Assembly (NCBI GenBank): GCA_965645245.1
Contig: OZ287077.1
Location: forward strand, 1,984,001 to 2,048,000
Length of the DNA stretch: 64,000 nucleotides
Origin: Massalongia carnosa
Taxonomy: Eukaryota
Direction of reading: 5' to 3'
Shown here: piece after piece, positions 26,201 through 38,938 of the stretch
How positions within the stretch are numbered: position 1 is the first letter of the stretch
Layout of the letters: every line of letters starts with the position of its first letter
Made by a program: the position numbers and the translations under genes
The notes under the pieces: generated by a model
The model's database searches: none
The model's input: the letters and a program-made list of their open reading frames with translations, nothing else
Told to the model about the DNA's origin: nothing

Positions 26201-29200
26201 CGAAGAATGTGAGTGAACGAGACAAGAAATCACCTCCTCGGCAAAAAACACAAAGCATCATCGATTGAAGTATGATATGTAATATTTGTGAGGATAAAAA
26301 CGCACGTACGGTGGAATGGCTGCGTCAACTTCTTTTCAATTCATGCATGTCTAACATTTAACGCTCATGGATACTGTGCGGAGCCCTTCGCTGCCTTTTT
26401 TTTGACTAATGTTGATAGTTTGGAGATTCAAACCCCGATCCTTTTCATTAATTCCTTCCTGCAGGTGGTTGTTACAGAATGGCAACTACTGGGGGCCAGG
26501 AGATGCCGCATGGTTCATAGTATCCCATTATGATCCAGGTGTTTGTTTCCGGCGTCCTGTCCGCCAATGCGATTTTAAGCCTGATTCTGGGGAACCGAAT
26601 CTTTGGAAATCAAAATTCATGCATATGATAATGGTGGTCGCAGAGCTGGAGCTAGTCTGCCATGGTATTTGAATCTGTTGGTTCCTTTAGACGATTTTAG
26701 GTCAAGGATCTATTGCAAAGTTCTCAATCCCGACCCTTCGTTGACGCAACTCATCTTAGGCCTTATAGGCCGTATCAATCTGCGCGAGATAGTCTAATGC
26801 CAGCTATGATGTTATGTTTGATAGTGGCCGAGGAGGACCTGGTCCAGTCACAGGGTGTTGATCCTCTAGATTCTCCAGATGTTTCGAGTGGTCAACGGGT
26901 TTTCGCAACGATGTCGCAACATTTCAAATTCAAGTTCTTTGCCAAAGGGTATGCCGTATCATTCTTCAGAGTGCCCCAGACCCCCATGCAAGCCATACAT
27001 GGGGACTTTCTCTAGGCCTTTATAAAGCTGCTGTCACCCGATGCCTCTTCCTGGGCTAGTCTCTCCCACGGGTTCTCAACATGAATAGCCTATTCGTCAT
27101 ATTTATCTACCCCAGCTCGAGACGATCAAGGTTTCTACCGACTCACAGCGCATCAACGGTGTGACGACGCTAATAGGTTCGCGGGTAGTTTCTCTCCGAC
27201 TGCTTTCTTCTAGTTATACGGTTGTTTAGAGGACGAAACCAATCGGCTCTTGATATGTCACCCCCTATCTTCATCTGTTCTACAACCCTGGAAGTTATGG
27301 GTGGTTTGGCATGCAAAGCCTATCTCTCGTATCCCTGAAGCTTATGCAATAAGAATTCTGCATGGCGACATTGCATCGTGTCAACAAATTTTCTACTGAT
27401 TCATCCTTGAGCCATCCATTCTATCTCTCTGAAAACAATTTACAATTGATGTAATATTTTGAGGCCCCCTTCAAGGGAAGTGCACTGGTACCAATGCCGA
27501 AGACCTTGAACTCCTCACCAACACGGCGTGCAAACTTTCTCGGATCTAGGTAAAGGATTATGGAGGGATAAGGATTGAAGTCTAAATTTGCAGCCCTACT
27601 TATGTCTCTCAGCATGCTGGTTTGCTGTGGAACTACACCACCAACCTTGCTCTACCATTTCACTACCTAAGAATAACTGATACCGGATTTTAAGCGGTCA
27701 ATGCCGCGGCGTAGCAACCTTCCGTCCAATAGGGGATTTGGTATATCAGGCAAAAGTGCTAGAAATGCTCGAAGGTATAGCACCGTCGATGGAAGATAAC
27801 AGGTTTCTGCTAGAAGCTATATAAACTTCTGGTGTTCTTAAGACCTTATGGTCATTCTTTGGCATCTTCTGTCTCTCCAGCCACCTACCCGCCAAAGGCC
27901 TTATCCTCGCTTCAAAGAAAAGCATGACAGCAGCAAGGCCAACCACGGAACCTATAAAGACAAATGCTTTTCTTAAGAAAACCGCGCAACTCAAGGCCGA
28001 CTTAGAAAGGGTCCTTAGATCTGCTCGTGTTCTCCGGTGTGGAATGTGTGCTGATACTTCTTTGTCCAGGCTCGGTGCAGAAAGCCCTCCATCAATGTTC
28101 AGATTCCTAGGGATGACAGAATGCAACTTGAATGCACCATTTTCAATGGCACTAGTCATATTCTCAAGCCAGGCAACTCTAGTCTTGCTCGAGGTCAATT
28201 CCTGAAGGAACCGGACGTGCTAGACTCGTGTTCTACCGGCGCTTTTAGCTTCTCTAGCCATGAAGGACCTAACGCAGAGAACCAGGGCATATGGGGTGGG
28301 CTAACCTTTGGAATCTTGCACGGTGAACAACCTTATTTCTTTACAGTCGTAAGTTCTCTCAAACTTCTCACCCCCTTGACCTGGACAGCGAGAAGGCTGA
28401 CTCTTCTTTTTGCGCCTGATAGGGCTTTCGAAAATACCAGGACACCGCACCTCAAGCTGGGCTATTCGAATCCCAATTTCCGGCGGATGGACACATGAAA
28501 CTAGCCCAGTACGAGGAAGATTTCGAGAGCCCCGTGTTTGAAGCCAAAGACAGCAGAAGATACCGTTTTAAGCTTGCGGTGACGATTACCCGAGGAGAGG
28601 TCCATTATCTGATCGAAGAATGCCATTTGGAGAATTAATCCCTATGTTGCTGGAAGCGTAAGGTGGAAGACTATGGTAATAGAACAAGTGATGGTATTGA
28701 CCACATTCTTCTAAAGCTAAGCCTGGGCTGGGATCACCCCATAGCTTTTCGGAAGAGATTAATCAATATTCCAACTCCACCTTCCATTGACACTGCATGT
28801 GAAGCGTCCCTAACTGAGAAGATCATATATTCTAGCTCCCTGGGTCGAACTCAGATCCACCTTGATGTCAAAAGGCCACAAGAGACAAAACCACCTCAGC
28901 TGCTATGTATTGTCGAAGAGGTAACCTGCATATCATATCATATGATATGACCTCTACACTTCGTTCCAAGATACGTTAGGCAGTGAGAAAACGCCCCCCC
29001 CACCCTATATAACCTCAATACAATGGGGGACCCCCAAACCCAGATCCTATGGACGCTATTCAACTCACCAGCTATACTATAAGTTTGTTTCTCAGCCAGC
29101 CAACCCATTACCTACCTATCTACCTTTCTGGCTGGAGGGTGTCTGACTGAAAGGCAACCACTACTACACGCACCCACACCCCTCTCTCCAAGTCAGCAGA

Positions 29201-31499
29201 TAGGTAAGTAGGGTTGTTTAACGTACACAGAATATCGTGCATGATTTTGATGATGGAATGTCTTTTACCACTTCCTCCCTTTGTGAGTTTCTCGAGCAGA
29301 TATTTGCGTCTTGGAGTAAGTTTAAGTTGAAAAAGGGGGGGAGGGGTAGGGGGGTTGTCGTTTAGTTAGTTTCTGTTGTTAACGAGAGAGAGGTTGGGGG
29401 GCTTCCCTCAACAGAAGCGACTGCACTGGAGTTGTAAGTAGGGAAACCGACAGCGAGAACTTCCCGGAACTGTAGAACGCGTTATATTTAACTATCTATC
29501 TATCTACTCGACGCAACAGTCTCTCTCTCTCCCCCCCCCCCTCTCCCTCTCTGAGCCTGTGGATCGTATCTACAAATCTTTACAAATCGACGGTGAAAAA
29601 AGAGGGGAAGGAAAATATTCTGTAAATAGGTATTTCCGAGCATTAGGGTGTAGAGATACATTATTTGTGTGTGTATGTATACGGTGGTAGAAGAATGGGG
29701 GATTAGGAGCAAGTTTGCCGTACATGTATAGTTATGCGTCTATAAGCTCCCTCGTTTTATGTAGGATTGATTACATACTACTACTCATAGAGGACTCACG
29801 CTTGCTTGTTTTCGAGGCGGTATGGGGAATACATAGTAGTCGAGGGGGAATTGGCATGATGAGATTGGATGCTTGGGGGTTGGCTATGATGGTGATGGTT
29901 GGTGTAGAGGTGTTGTTGATGTTGGGGAGTCGGAGTTTTAGGGTGGGATTTTGGCTACTGCTTTTTGAGGAGGGAGATTTAGCGCGATGGCGTCCCGGAA
30001 CTAGAATACCAGAAACATAGGAAGACGAGAGAACATTGATGATTTATTATTATTATTATTTATTTTTTATTTTTATTCGATGCTAAAAAAATGATCTGTA
30101 AGAGCTTGCGTAAGACGAAGCAGGCTAGCGGAATGCATAGGGGAGAAAATTCGAGCTATTCGATCCCCCGCCCTAGTAGGGCTTTGCAAAACCATGCTAT
30201 AGCCTGGAGAACAGTCAGCTGGTAAGCAAGAGAGAAAAAACAAACAAACGAGTAATCTGGTGATTATCTACAGCCATTAGTAGGTAAAGGGAGAACAAGA
30301 GCGTCAATACAGTTGCGGCTTGAATATTTCGAAGACATTAGCCTGCCGTGCAACTTTTCTTAAGATATTTCTCTTCATGTGACCCTCGCTGCCTGAAAAT
30401 CGACACTGCTGAAAGACGTAGAAAACTTGCAGTGTTTCACGAAGATAGAGGTCAACCTCGGCCGCTGTTATCCCGTGATGAGGGAGTCATCAGAGGCTAT
30501 AAAAGGCTCCGCGATCCATGGCATAGCTAGATGCCAGCCAAGATATCCAATACAGTTGTAGCTCATAATTGCCGATACTTGATTTATTGTGAAATCGAAC
30601 AGGATGGCTAAAAACCCAAAGGGCGAAGTGGCTGTGCTACTGAATTTATCCGTTTAGTGAATGCCAGAAGAGTAGCGTTAAAAGGGTAATCCCTGATCTG
30701 CATTTTATTAGTATCATAACATTGGCTCGTTCATCATATTATCGAAGTCGAAAATAAGAGGAGCGAAAATATCCTTCATAACTTCTTTAGGCTTCAGCTC
30801 TTTAAAAAAGCTCACTGCTTCAGTCGTGATCTTTCTGGTACAAATTCTACAGATGTAGGACCGCATGATGAATTTAGCTTCACCTTCGATGGCAACGAAG
30901 TGCCAATCGGCCTTTCTAGACCTTTGTTCAGGGTTGCGCTGCAAAAGATGAATGCGTAAATCGATGCCAATGAAATCGAACGCTAATCCATGCAGTCAGA
31001 AAATTCAACATAGAACTGCAAAGGAGAGGACTGGATAACGAGAGGGAAAAAGAAACAGCTCTCTAACTTATTTTCTCTCCGTCTAAAACTGCGAATGATC
31101 CCGTTAATTTTGCTAAATTCAAGCTGCCACTCAACTTAATGAATTTCAATCTCCTGCAATTCCATTTTCTAAAAAGATTGAGATGTCAGAGAGCGGAAAT
31201 CATTGGTGGGGCAGAATTATAGTGTATTTTCAAAGGAAAAATGTTATTCATTTACCGAGAGCCGTCTTGACTTCTTAGTTAGCTATGGGTAGCTACTCTA
31301 GTTAGGAGCAAATCCGGTTAAATCTCCAACTCGTTAATTCCATTAAGTAAACCGAATCAGGCAACGGCTCGCTAACAACTAAGAGTAATCAACTTTCGCA
31401 ATACATTTGCTTGAGAAAATCTATGGAATCGTTGGGATGCGATGGGTTCTGAAAAAAACCCCCAGCAAATTTGAACTGAGGAGATTATTTACATACGAA

Positions 31500-32174
31500 A
31501 TGGACGAGGGCAAGAGCATCAGGACGGAACGGCTTTTGCTTAGAGGGGCACGAGAAAACGATCTGGATGATTTTCACGCCATGTTAACCAACGACGAGGT
31601 CATGAAATACTGGTATGATTGCTTGAATCTCATAAATCCCAGACGATGTTCCGTCGCATCCTGTCCGCGTTATGAACAGATCCACGTCGTTGATGTAACG
31701 ATAACAAGGTAAAGGTCGGGCCCGCCCTTTATGATTTCTCAAACGGAGTCATACCTCAAAAACATGATTTCGTCCTCCAACAACGGCATCTCCGACTTCG
31801 TGATCGTGCTCCTCGCCCCATCCGACCCGGTGCCCGTGATCGGCAAGCTCGGGGTCTGGTCGCTGGAAAAGGGCGAAGTCGGGTTCATGCTGAATCGCAC
31901 GTACTGGGGCAGGGGGTACATGGCCGAAGCCTTTTCTGCGCTGCTAAGGCATCTTTGGAGCGGTAAGGGAGGGGAAATTCGGACGCTGACGGCGGATGTG
32001 GATCCGAGGAACGCGGCGAGCCTGGGAATCTTGAAGAAGTTTGGCTTCCGGGAGACGGGGTATGAGAAGAATACAATTGAGACGCATCTGGGTTGGTGCG
32101 ACAGTATTTATCTTGCTATGGACAACCCAAGGGCCAGCGTAAGAGGAAACTCAAACGAAACATGTAATGACTGA
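31500..32174 (+). CDS. GNAT acetyltransferase, RimJ/RimL family (intron about 31613-31714)
   Basis: IRTERLLLR, EVGFMLNRTYWGRGYMAEA, ADVDPRNAASLGILKKFGF. Confidence 0.88.
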
Positions 32175-32217
32175 ATAGGAAAACCACCCTCCGCCCAGCG
32201 CCCGAAGCTTGACGGCC

Positions 32218-33049
32218 TTAGTCATCATATGGCGCCATCAGCACATTGTTCAAAACGCCGTTGGGAAATTCTTCCTCCCCTAATGCCGTTGTATGCGCCC
32301 ACGGCTTCAAATGATTTTCCTTACGGATAGTAGCGGCAAAGCATGAGGACCATTTATTGCGTGGAAAATGTTTCGTCACATCCTCAATGGTCTGTTTGTG
32401 AACCAACTGCGGATGGCCCCCTATGTTATCTGCGAAAAAATCAGTCTCTCCCGCATTGGGGTTCCCCCGGGGTGAGCGAGTATTCACCAAATATAGTGGC
32501 CAGCTGGATCAACAGCCCTAGCGTGGTTATTGTTCCTGAGCTGGCGATATCTTGATGACGGATGATACACTCGGCCACAATCTCTGCTTGCTCGACCGGT
32601 GCGCCATATTGGCTGCCGAGAAGATCGCGAGCAAGTAGCCCCCCATAAAACTCAAACGACATGCGCGTTGCGGTGATGTTCTTGTCCGTGGTCCCGATAT
32701 CGTGAAGCAAGCAAGCCAGCAGATACGTCTCGTCCGCAAACTCCCAGTGAGGAAACTGCTGAACGTGGATGGCTTTGCCTGCATACGGTGTGAATTAGCC
32801 ACCATATGGTCGATTAGGAGAGAATGACCCGTTGGTACCGTAGTAAAAAACTCGCATGCTGTGGTTAAAGGTTTCAGTGTTCAGTTCTTGCTTAGCGTAA
32901 TCGAGCGCCTTGTTGGCCAAGGGAGTATCAGGCAACCTGATGCTCTCAACCAGCACGGGGGCTGGGTCTGCGGAAACCTTCTCACGGAGAAAAACATTCG
33001 GATCTCGCGGCTTTGGCCCCCAGCCGTACGCTCTGATGGCTTCCGACAT
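32218..33049 (-). CDS. Cyanamide hydratase / urea hydro-lyase (HD domain, DDI2/3-like), 3 exons
   Basis: TFNHSMRVFYYG, CLLHDIGT, MSFEFYGG, IIRHQD, LIQLATIFDN, FPRNKWSSCFA, KPWAHTT. Confidence 0.92.
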
Positions 33050-33863
33050 GTGGGCGTAGATGTCTCGACGATAATGGAGCAGGTCTAAGAGTCGACCGTG
33101 TGACTGCAACAGGCGGAATGGTAGGACGGGGCGATTGATATAGCTAGCTTGATCCAACGAATTTTGGCACACGCAAAAAGGAACTGGGTGAAACGATTGC
33201 CTATCTACCAGTACGTAGTGGGTAAGTATTTATGCCCGTCCCACCAGTCCATTCCATTCCAGACTGCCGCCCATTTCCATCTCGTCGATCGCCCCTTTCC
33301 GACGTAATCTTTTTCTAGTTCTATACAAATTTGCCACCAGGGCAAACTTTACTTTGATGCAACTCGCTTTATCAACTAGTTCTTGCATTTAGCTTCAGAG
33401 AATCTCGCTGAGTCCTCCTCGATACGTAACTGTGGCTGCCCAATTGGTCATCCCACTGCATACTTACCGAGTACGTCATTTTCTAAATAGACTCTGCTTA
33501 GTACTCCGTATGCGCAAATTGATGGTGCACAGCAAAGTTGGGCGAGATAAGCGAAATAAACCAGCCGAGGAGACGAAACGACGTCGTAGGCGTTTCTGAA
33601 TCATCAATTGTTGTACAGTCATGGCCATTGTTTGATCCAGTTCTCTCCAATATCTCCGGGTGATGGCTGACGATGTGTCATCCAAAATGGCGCTGCTCAC
33701 CTGATCATGACCATGTCGCCTTTTGATCGGCTTACTGTATTTCTCTAGCCGAGTTCAATGTGAGGACAAGCTATGATACAAAGACTACGACCGAGTCCTT
33801 CTAGCCACCAATCTACAAAAGCTGCAGAGTATCTTGCATGTTTTCGTAAGACCAGATACAATC

Positions 33864-35187
33864 ATGTTTCTTAAGACTATTATTCTCACAGTGGCGGCAG
33901 TGAGGTTCGTTTCCCTAGCGCATGGCACGCCAATCCAACCCCCTTTTATTAACGGCCCTCGAGCGCTTGAGGTCAGAGCGCCCACCAGCTTCAAACACCC
34001 AGGAGTTTTTCTTGACCTCGAACAGCTCGACTTCATCAAGTCGAAAGTCAACGCAGGAGCCCAGCCATGGACAGAAGCATACAACAGCATGCTGTCAAGC
34101 CCTCTCGGCTCTCTAACCCGGACGGCTCATCCCACCCCCACCGTAGAATGTGGTCCAACGTCTACTCCTGATATTGGCTGCTCCGACGAGAGGCAGGATG
34201 CCCTTGCAGCTTACACCATGTCACTAGCATGGTACATCACAGGGAGTACTAAGTACGCGCAGAAGGCAATCTCATATATGAACGCATGGGCTTCAACTAT
34301 CAAGGCCCATACCAATAGCAACGCGCCATTGCAGACTGGGTGGGCCGGATCTTCATGGGCGAGAGCCGCAGAGATCATCCGGCACACCAATGCCGGATGG
34401 TCTTCGAACGACATCACCAGTTTTGAAAGTATGCTCCGGAACGTTTACCTGCCAAAGGTCATAGGCGGGTCCAGTAGCAATGGCAATTGGGAGCTAGGCA
34501 AGCTTTTCATTGTATTCTCAATTCCCTCTGTCTGACAGCTTCACCCAGTCATGCTGGAGGCTGCGCAAGGAATCTCTGTGTTTCTTGACGACGGCACAAG
34601 TTATGACCAGGTCATGTCGAAATATATGGTCCGAGTTCCGGGCTACGTCTACCTCACCTCCGACGGCCCTTATCCCAAACCCGCCCCCGGCAGTGGTACC
34701 TCTAAATCCTCAATAATTAATTACTGGCAAGGCCAATCCACCTACCCGGAAAGCGGCATCGCTCAGGAAACATGTCGAGATTTCGTTCACAGCGGCTACG
34801 GCATCGCCTCGATCTCCCATATAGCGGAAACGTCGCGCATCCAAGGCGATGATCTCTACACTGGAGATATTGGTACTAGGTTAAGGTATGCCCTGGGGTT
34901 TCACTCGAATTATGAGCTAGGGGCTTCCGTGCCAGCTTGGCTGTGTGATGGGTCCTTGAAAACCGGTCTTGGGCCTGGTGAGTTTTCGTTGCTTCTTATT
35001 GTTGTGTAGAAATTGAAGTATTGACCATGTCCATCTAGTCACCGAGGTCGGCTACAATGCGATGTCTTTCCGCCTGGGGAATGCAATGGCCAATACCGAG
35101 ACCTTGACTAAGAAGAATCGCCCGGCCGATACCAACAATTTATTCGTGGCGTGGGAAACCCTGACGCATGCGGAGAACCCTAATTAG
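33864..35187 (+). CDS. Secreted alginate-lyase-like (alpha/alpha toroid) protein; introns 34498-34548 (GC-AG) and 34978-35038
   Basis: Signal peptide; FKHPGVF, QPWTEAY, DALAAY, LQTGWAG, RAAEII, NGNWEL, QETCRDFVH, AWETLTHA. Confidence 0.85.
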
Positions 35188-35487
35188 TTTACGAAGGCTT
35201 AGTTTAAGTATTGATGCCAAGGTCAAACACCTTTAGGGATGAAGCGGGAAAAATCGACTCACAATCTACTTAATCTAGATGTTGAACCCTCCTGCGAAAT
35301 TTAGAGCTCGAGCAATTTAATGTAACATTGTTTGACTGAGATCGTCGATTAATAAACAGAATCTGCTGGAGGCGTTTCTCGCATGATGAAAATATAGATG
35401 GAAGACTTGCAGCAGACCAATCCAATCAGAAATTGCAGCATGTATTTTATGCCCATTTGAAACAGACCATGTATAGTTTCACGCTCG

Positions 35488-36434
35488 TCAGCCTGCTTTG
35501 CACGTACCAAACTCGATCATTTCCTGTGCAACCACGACGAAGCCACACAGGCAATATGATCCATATAAGAGAAATGCATAGAAAAGCCCTTTCAACGCAC
35601 TCTTTTTCCCGGCCAACTTCTCAACATTTCCAACCACGTACCCTTGAACTTGACCGCAAATCAGCCAAGTCAATGTAAAGTTTCGTTGCGTTCCGGACGC
35701 TTGTTTGGCTCTAAAGCCGGTGAGAATTCCAATTACAGCGTATAGGGTAGCGACCGCAACTACTGGCAGAAGAATGCAGAGCACATTAAGATATGGCTGC
35801 ATCAAGGATGGAGCTAGGTGAATGAACGAGGAGTGTGAAGAGATGGAATTGATCGAGCCAACCGCGGGTTTTCCCGATGGGTTTGAGGCCGGATGCTTCC
35901 ATGGAAAGCGTTTACACCATTTTGGGAGGGTTTTCATGTTATGTTTTTCTGGCGTCTTTGGAGAAATGTAATTCAGGATGGAGAACCATTCCATCCCCAA
36001 GGGCTCCATCGTACTGCGGCACTGGAGTAACCTCCCCATTACTCAGATACGAAACTGTCGCCTGATATTTCCATCTCCGTTTCCCGATTTAGGCGGATTG
36101 CTTGCTCTTCTTCTTCCGTAGGCGCGCGGACCCATCGATTTATCTCCATCACGAGGCCTCCAGTCCAGTTTGCGGATTACCATGCAAAGCGAAATTGCCA
36201 GCGCTGCAGCATGCAAGTCATTGCGCGTAAGACTGCTCGCTCGTGATAGGAGGCAAAGCCCGCGGCGGAGACCTGTAGATGGAATGAGGAGACAGCAGAG
36301 CTTGAAGACAATGGACGAATAAGTGTTCTCCCTAGGTAACGAGCGAACAGATAGAGCATGTAGAATTTAGTTCGCAAAGATAAAGCAGCAGACATCCTTC
36401 CAACTGGTACGGTTATAATGCACGGTTGGATCAT
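35488..36434 (-). pseudogene. Fungal hypothetical multi-pass membrane protein, apparently disrupted
   Basis: Hydrophobic C-terminal segments (IGILTGF, FTLTWL, GFVVVAQEMIEFGTC); upstream part is broken into fragments. Confidence 0.4.
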
Positions 36435-37118
36435 TCTTGTTCGAGCTAGTGTGTGTATTGTTTCTATCAGACAACCGAGAGGATGCCCGAGTTCAGCCTT
36501 TTCACAGCAGAACCTGACATTCTATATGAAAATAAAATTGAACGAAGTCATACCTCCCTGTATAGAGTCCAAACGGGAGGGAATACGATTGAGGATTGAG
36601 CAATTCAAGGATTGGGGGGCTGATTCGATGTTGTGTTAATCGTGCTAAACCACTTTCGGAATGGAAGGGCATCCCTTACTTTCATTCCGAAAGTGGTTTA
36701 GCACGATTAAGCACTCTAACATTAAGCTTGGCACTCGTCATTTCTCTTGTAGCGAGGACATCTTTTATGGAGAGAATGGCTCACCATTGAGATTTATAAT
36801 CATCTGTTGCTCATGAAAATCCATGACTTCACCATAAAGTCGGTGATTCAGCGTTTGCAGAAAGAGGTTTGACTGAGGGTGATGTCGGCCATGTTCGGCG
36901 CTCAATTCCATTGGGTGGTCACCGCATGCTGTAAAAGCAATATGCGCCAAACCCCGAGAGCCTCCTCGAAATCCTTCATAGCCACTTTAGCTTTTCGGCT
37001 CTGTTCAGCAGCAGGAGACTCCACACATGATGAGGAATGAAAAACCCAAACGTCATGGAATCTTTATATTTAGCCTCCTCCTCCCATATGTACCTCACAT
37101 CTCAACGAACTCTTAGCT

Positions 37119-38938
37119 ATGACCAGTGATTCCACTATTAGTCGTGATTCTCCGGGTTTTTCTACCTCTCACACTCGAAAAAATGATGCACAAGAAGGGA
37201 TCGTCAACGAAACTGCAGATAGGAATGGCGGCTTCGACCGCGTTGATGAAAAGAAAGTTCTAAGGAAAATGGACCTGCATCTATTACCGATGGTAACTTT
37301 GCTCTATTTATTGAGCTTTCTGGATCGAGGCAACATTGGAAATGCAAATATCGAAGGCTTAACAGCATCTTTACATATGACAGGACCGCAGTATAACTGG
37401 ACATGTGCCGCTTCTGTCCCTCGATCTCTGATATCCGCTCATATATTGCAGTGACCGTTTTTTTCTTCACTTATGCTGCACTCCAGGTTCCCTCCAACCT
37501 CTTGCTCAAGCGATTAAGACCTTCTGTATGGCTGCCAATTATCATGATAGCTTGGGGTAAGTAGGCTTATCCGGGCATTCCAGCTGAGAATTTACCCTTT
37601 TAAGGTACGGTCATGACCCTTATGGGCATCGTTCAAAATTTCAAAGGCCTGCTTACCGCACGGCTTTTTCTTGGCGCAGCAGAAGCAGGCTTGTTTCCAG
37701 GCGTTGCATACTATATCACATGGTGGTACAAGCGCGAAGAACTCCAATTTCGGATGGCGCTATTTGTGAGTGCAGCAGGAGTCGCTGGTGCCTTTTCTGG
37801 GCTGTTTGCTTTCGTTATTGCTGTTAGAACGCTTAATTTCCCACTTTAAACTACTACTGACGGGTTGTAGAAGATGGACGGCGTCGGGGGTGTGGATGGC
37901 TGGAGGTGGATTTTCATACTGGAAGGGATACTGACAGTCCTGGTTGCATGCGCTGCCTTCTTCACTATTTATGATTTTCCGGAGACGGCCAAATTCCTTG
38001 CAGCAGACGAACGGGCATGGATTGTGCATCGGCTCAAGTATCAAGGCTCCAATGGTTCAGGACATATGGTGGCCGAGAGCGAACATTTCGAATGGAAATA
38101 TGTCAGGGATGCCTTCACCGACTGGCAAATATATCTTCAAATTCTGGGTACCCACCAATCGATATATTGGCAACCTTTCATACTCTGACTCCCAAATAGT
38201 ATACTGGGGAGTCGATTGCCCACTTTATGGGTACGTTTCTCTTTGCCTTACTCCGAAGCCATACCCTAACTTGATCAGCATTGCGCTTTTTCTCCCAAGC
38301 ATTGTCAAAGAACTTGGGTATAGCTCCTCCACCGCCCAGCTTCTTACTGTTCCCATCTATGTTACCGCGTGCCTTATCGCCGTCATTGTGGCGTGGTTTT
38401 CCGACCGTAAGGGTCAACGATCGCCCTTCATAATCCCGAGTCTCTGCGTGATCGGCATCGGCTTTCTGATCTGCATCATTGCGGGAAGTCAGGGGTCTCA
38501 AGGCGCAGTCTACGCAGGTGTTTTCATCAGCGTTTGCGGCATCTATCCTGCTGGCGCAGGAATGGTCGTTTGGAATTCTAACAACCTTGCGGGTAGCTAC
38601 AAACGCTCGACAGGCATGGCGCTTCAAATCGGTATTGGTAACCTTGCGGGAGGTAAGCCAGATATCGAGCTATAGCTCTGTTTTTGATTGGGTCATCAAC
38701 TAACAGCGCCCTAGCTATGGCGTCCAATTTCTACCGTACGAAGAACGCCCCAAAATACTTTCTTGGCCATTCTCTGGAACTCGGGTTCGTGGCCCTGGGT
38801 TTGCTGGCTGCAGTGATTCTACGGCTCAGTTATCAGAAGATCAACCGCAAGAGAGACGAGGACCCCGTGGATCATTACTCCAACGAGGAGATGAGCCGTA
38901 TGGGCGACCGCGCACCTACGTTCCGATACATTTTGTAG
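37119..38938 (+). CDS. MFS transporter, ACS/allantoate-nicotinate permease (Dal5/Tna1) family, multi-exon
   Basis: KVLRKMDLHLLP, LSFLDRGNIGNA, RLFLGAAEAGLFPG, GWRWIFILEG, AQLLTVP, NNLAGSYKR, GDRAPTFRY. Confidence 0.93.

Noticed and set aside
24000..29000. Short ORFs (24064-24408, 25039-25329, 26409-27015, 27746-28198)
   Set aside because: No recognisable motifs or coherent gene model; possibly decayed genes but not supportable
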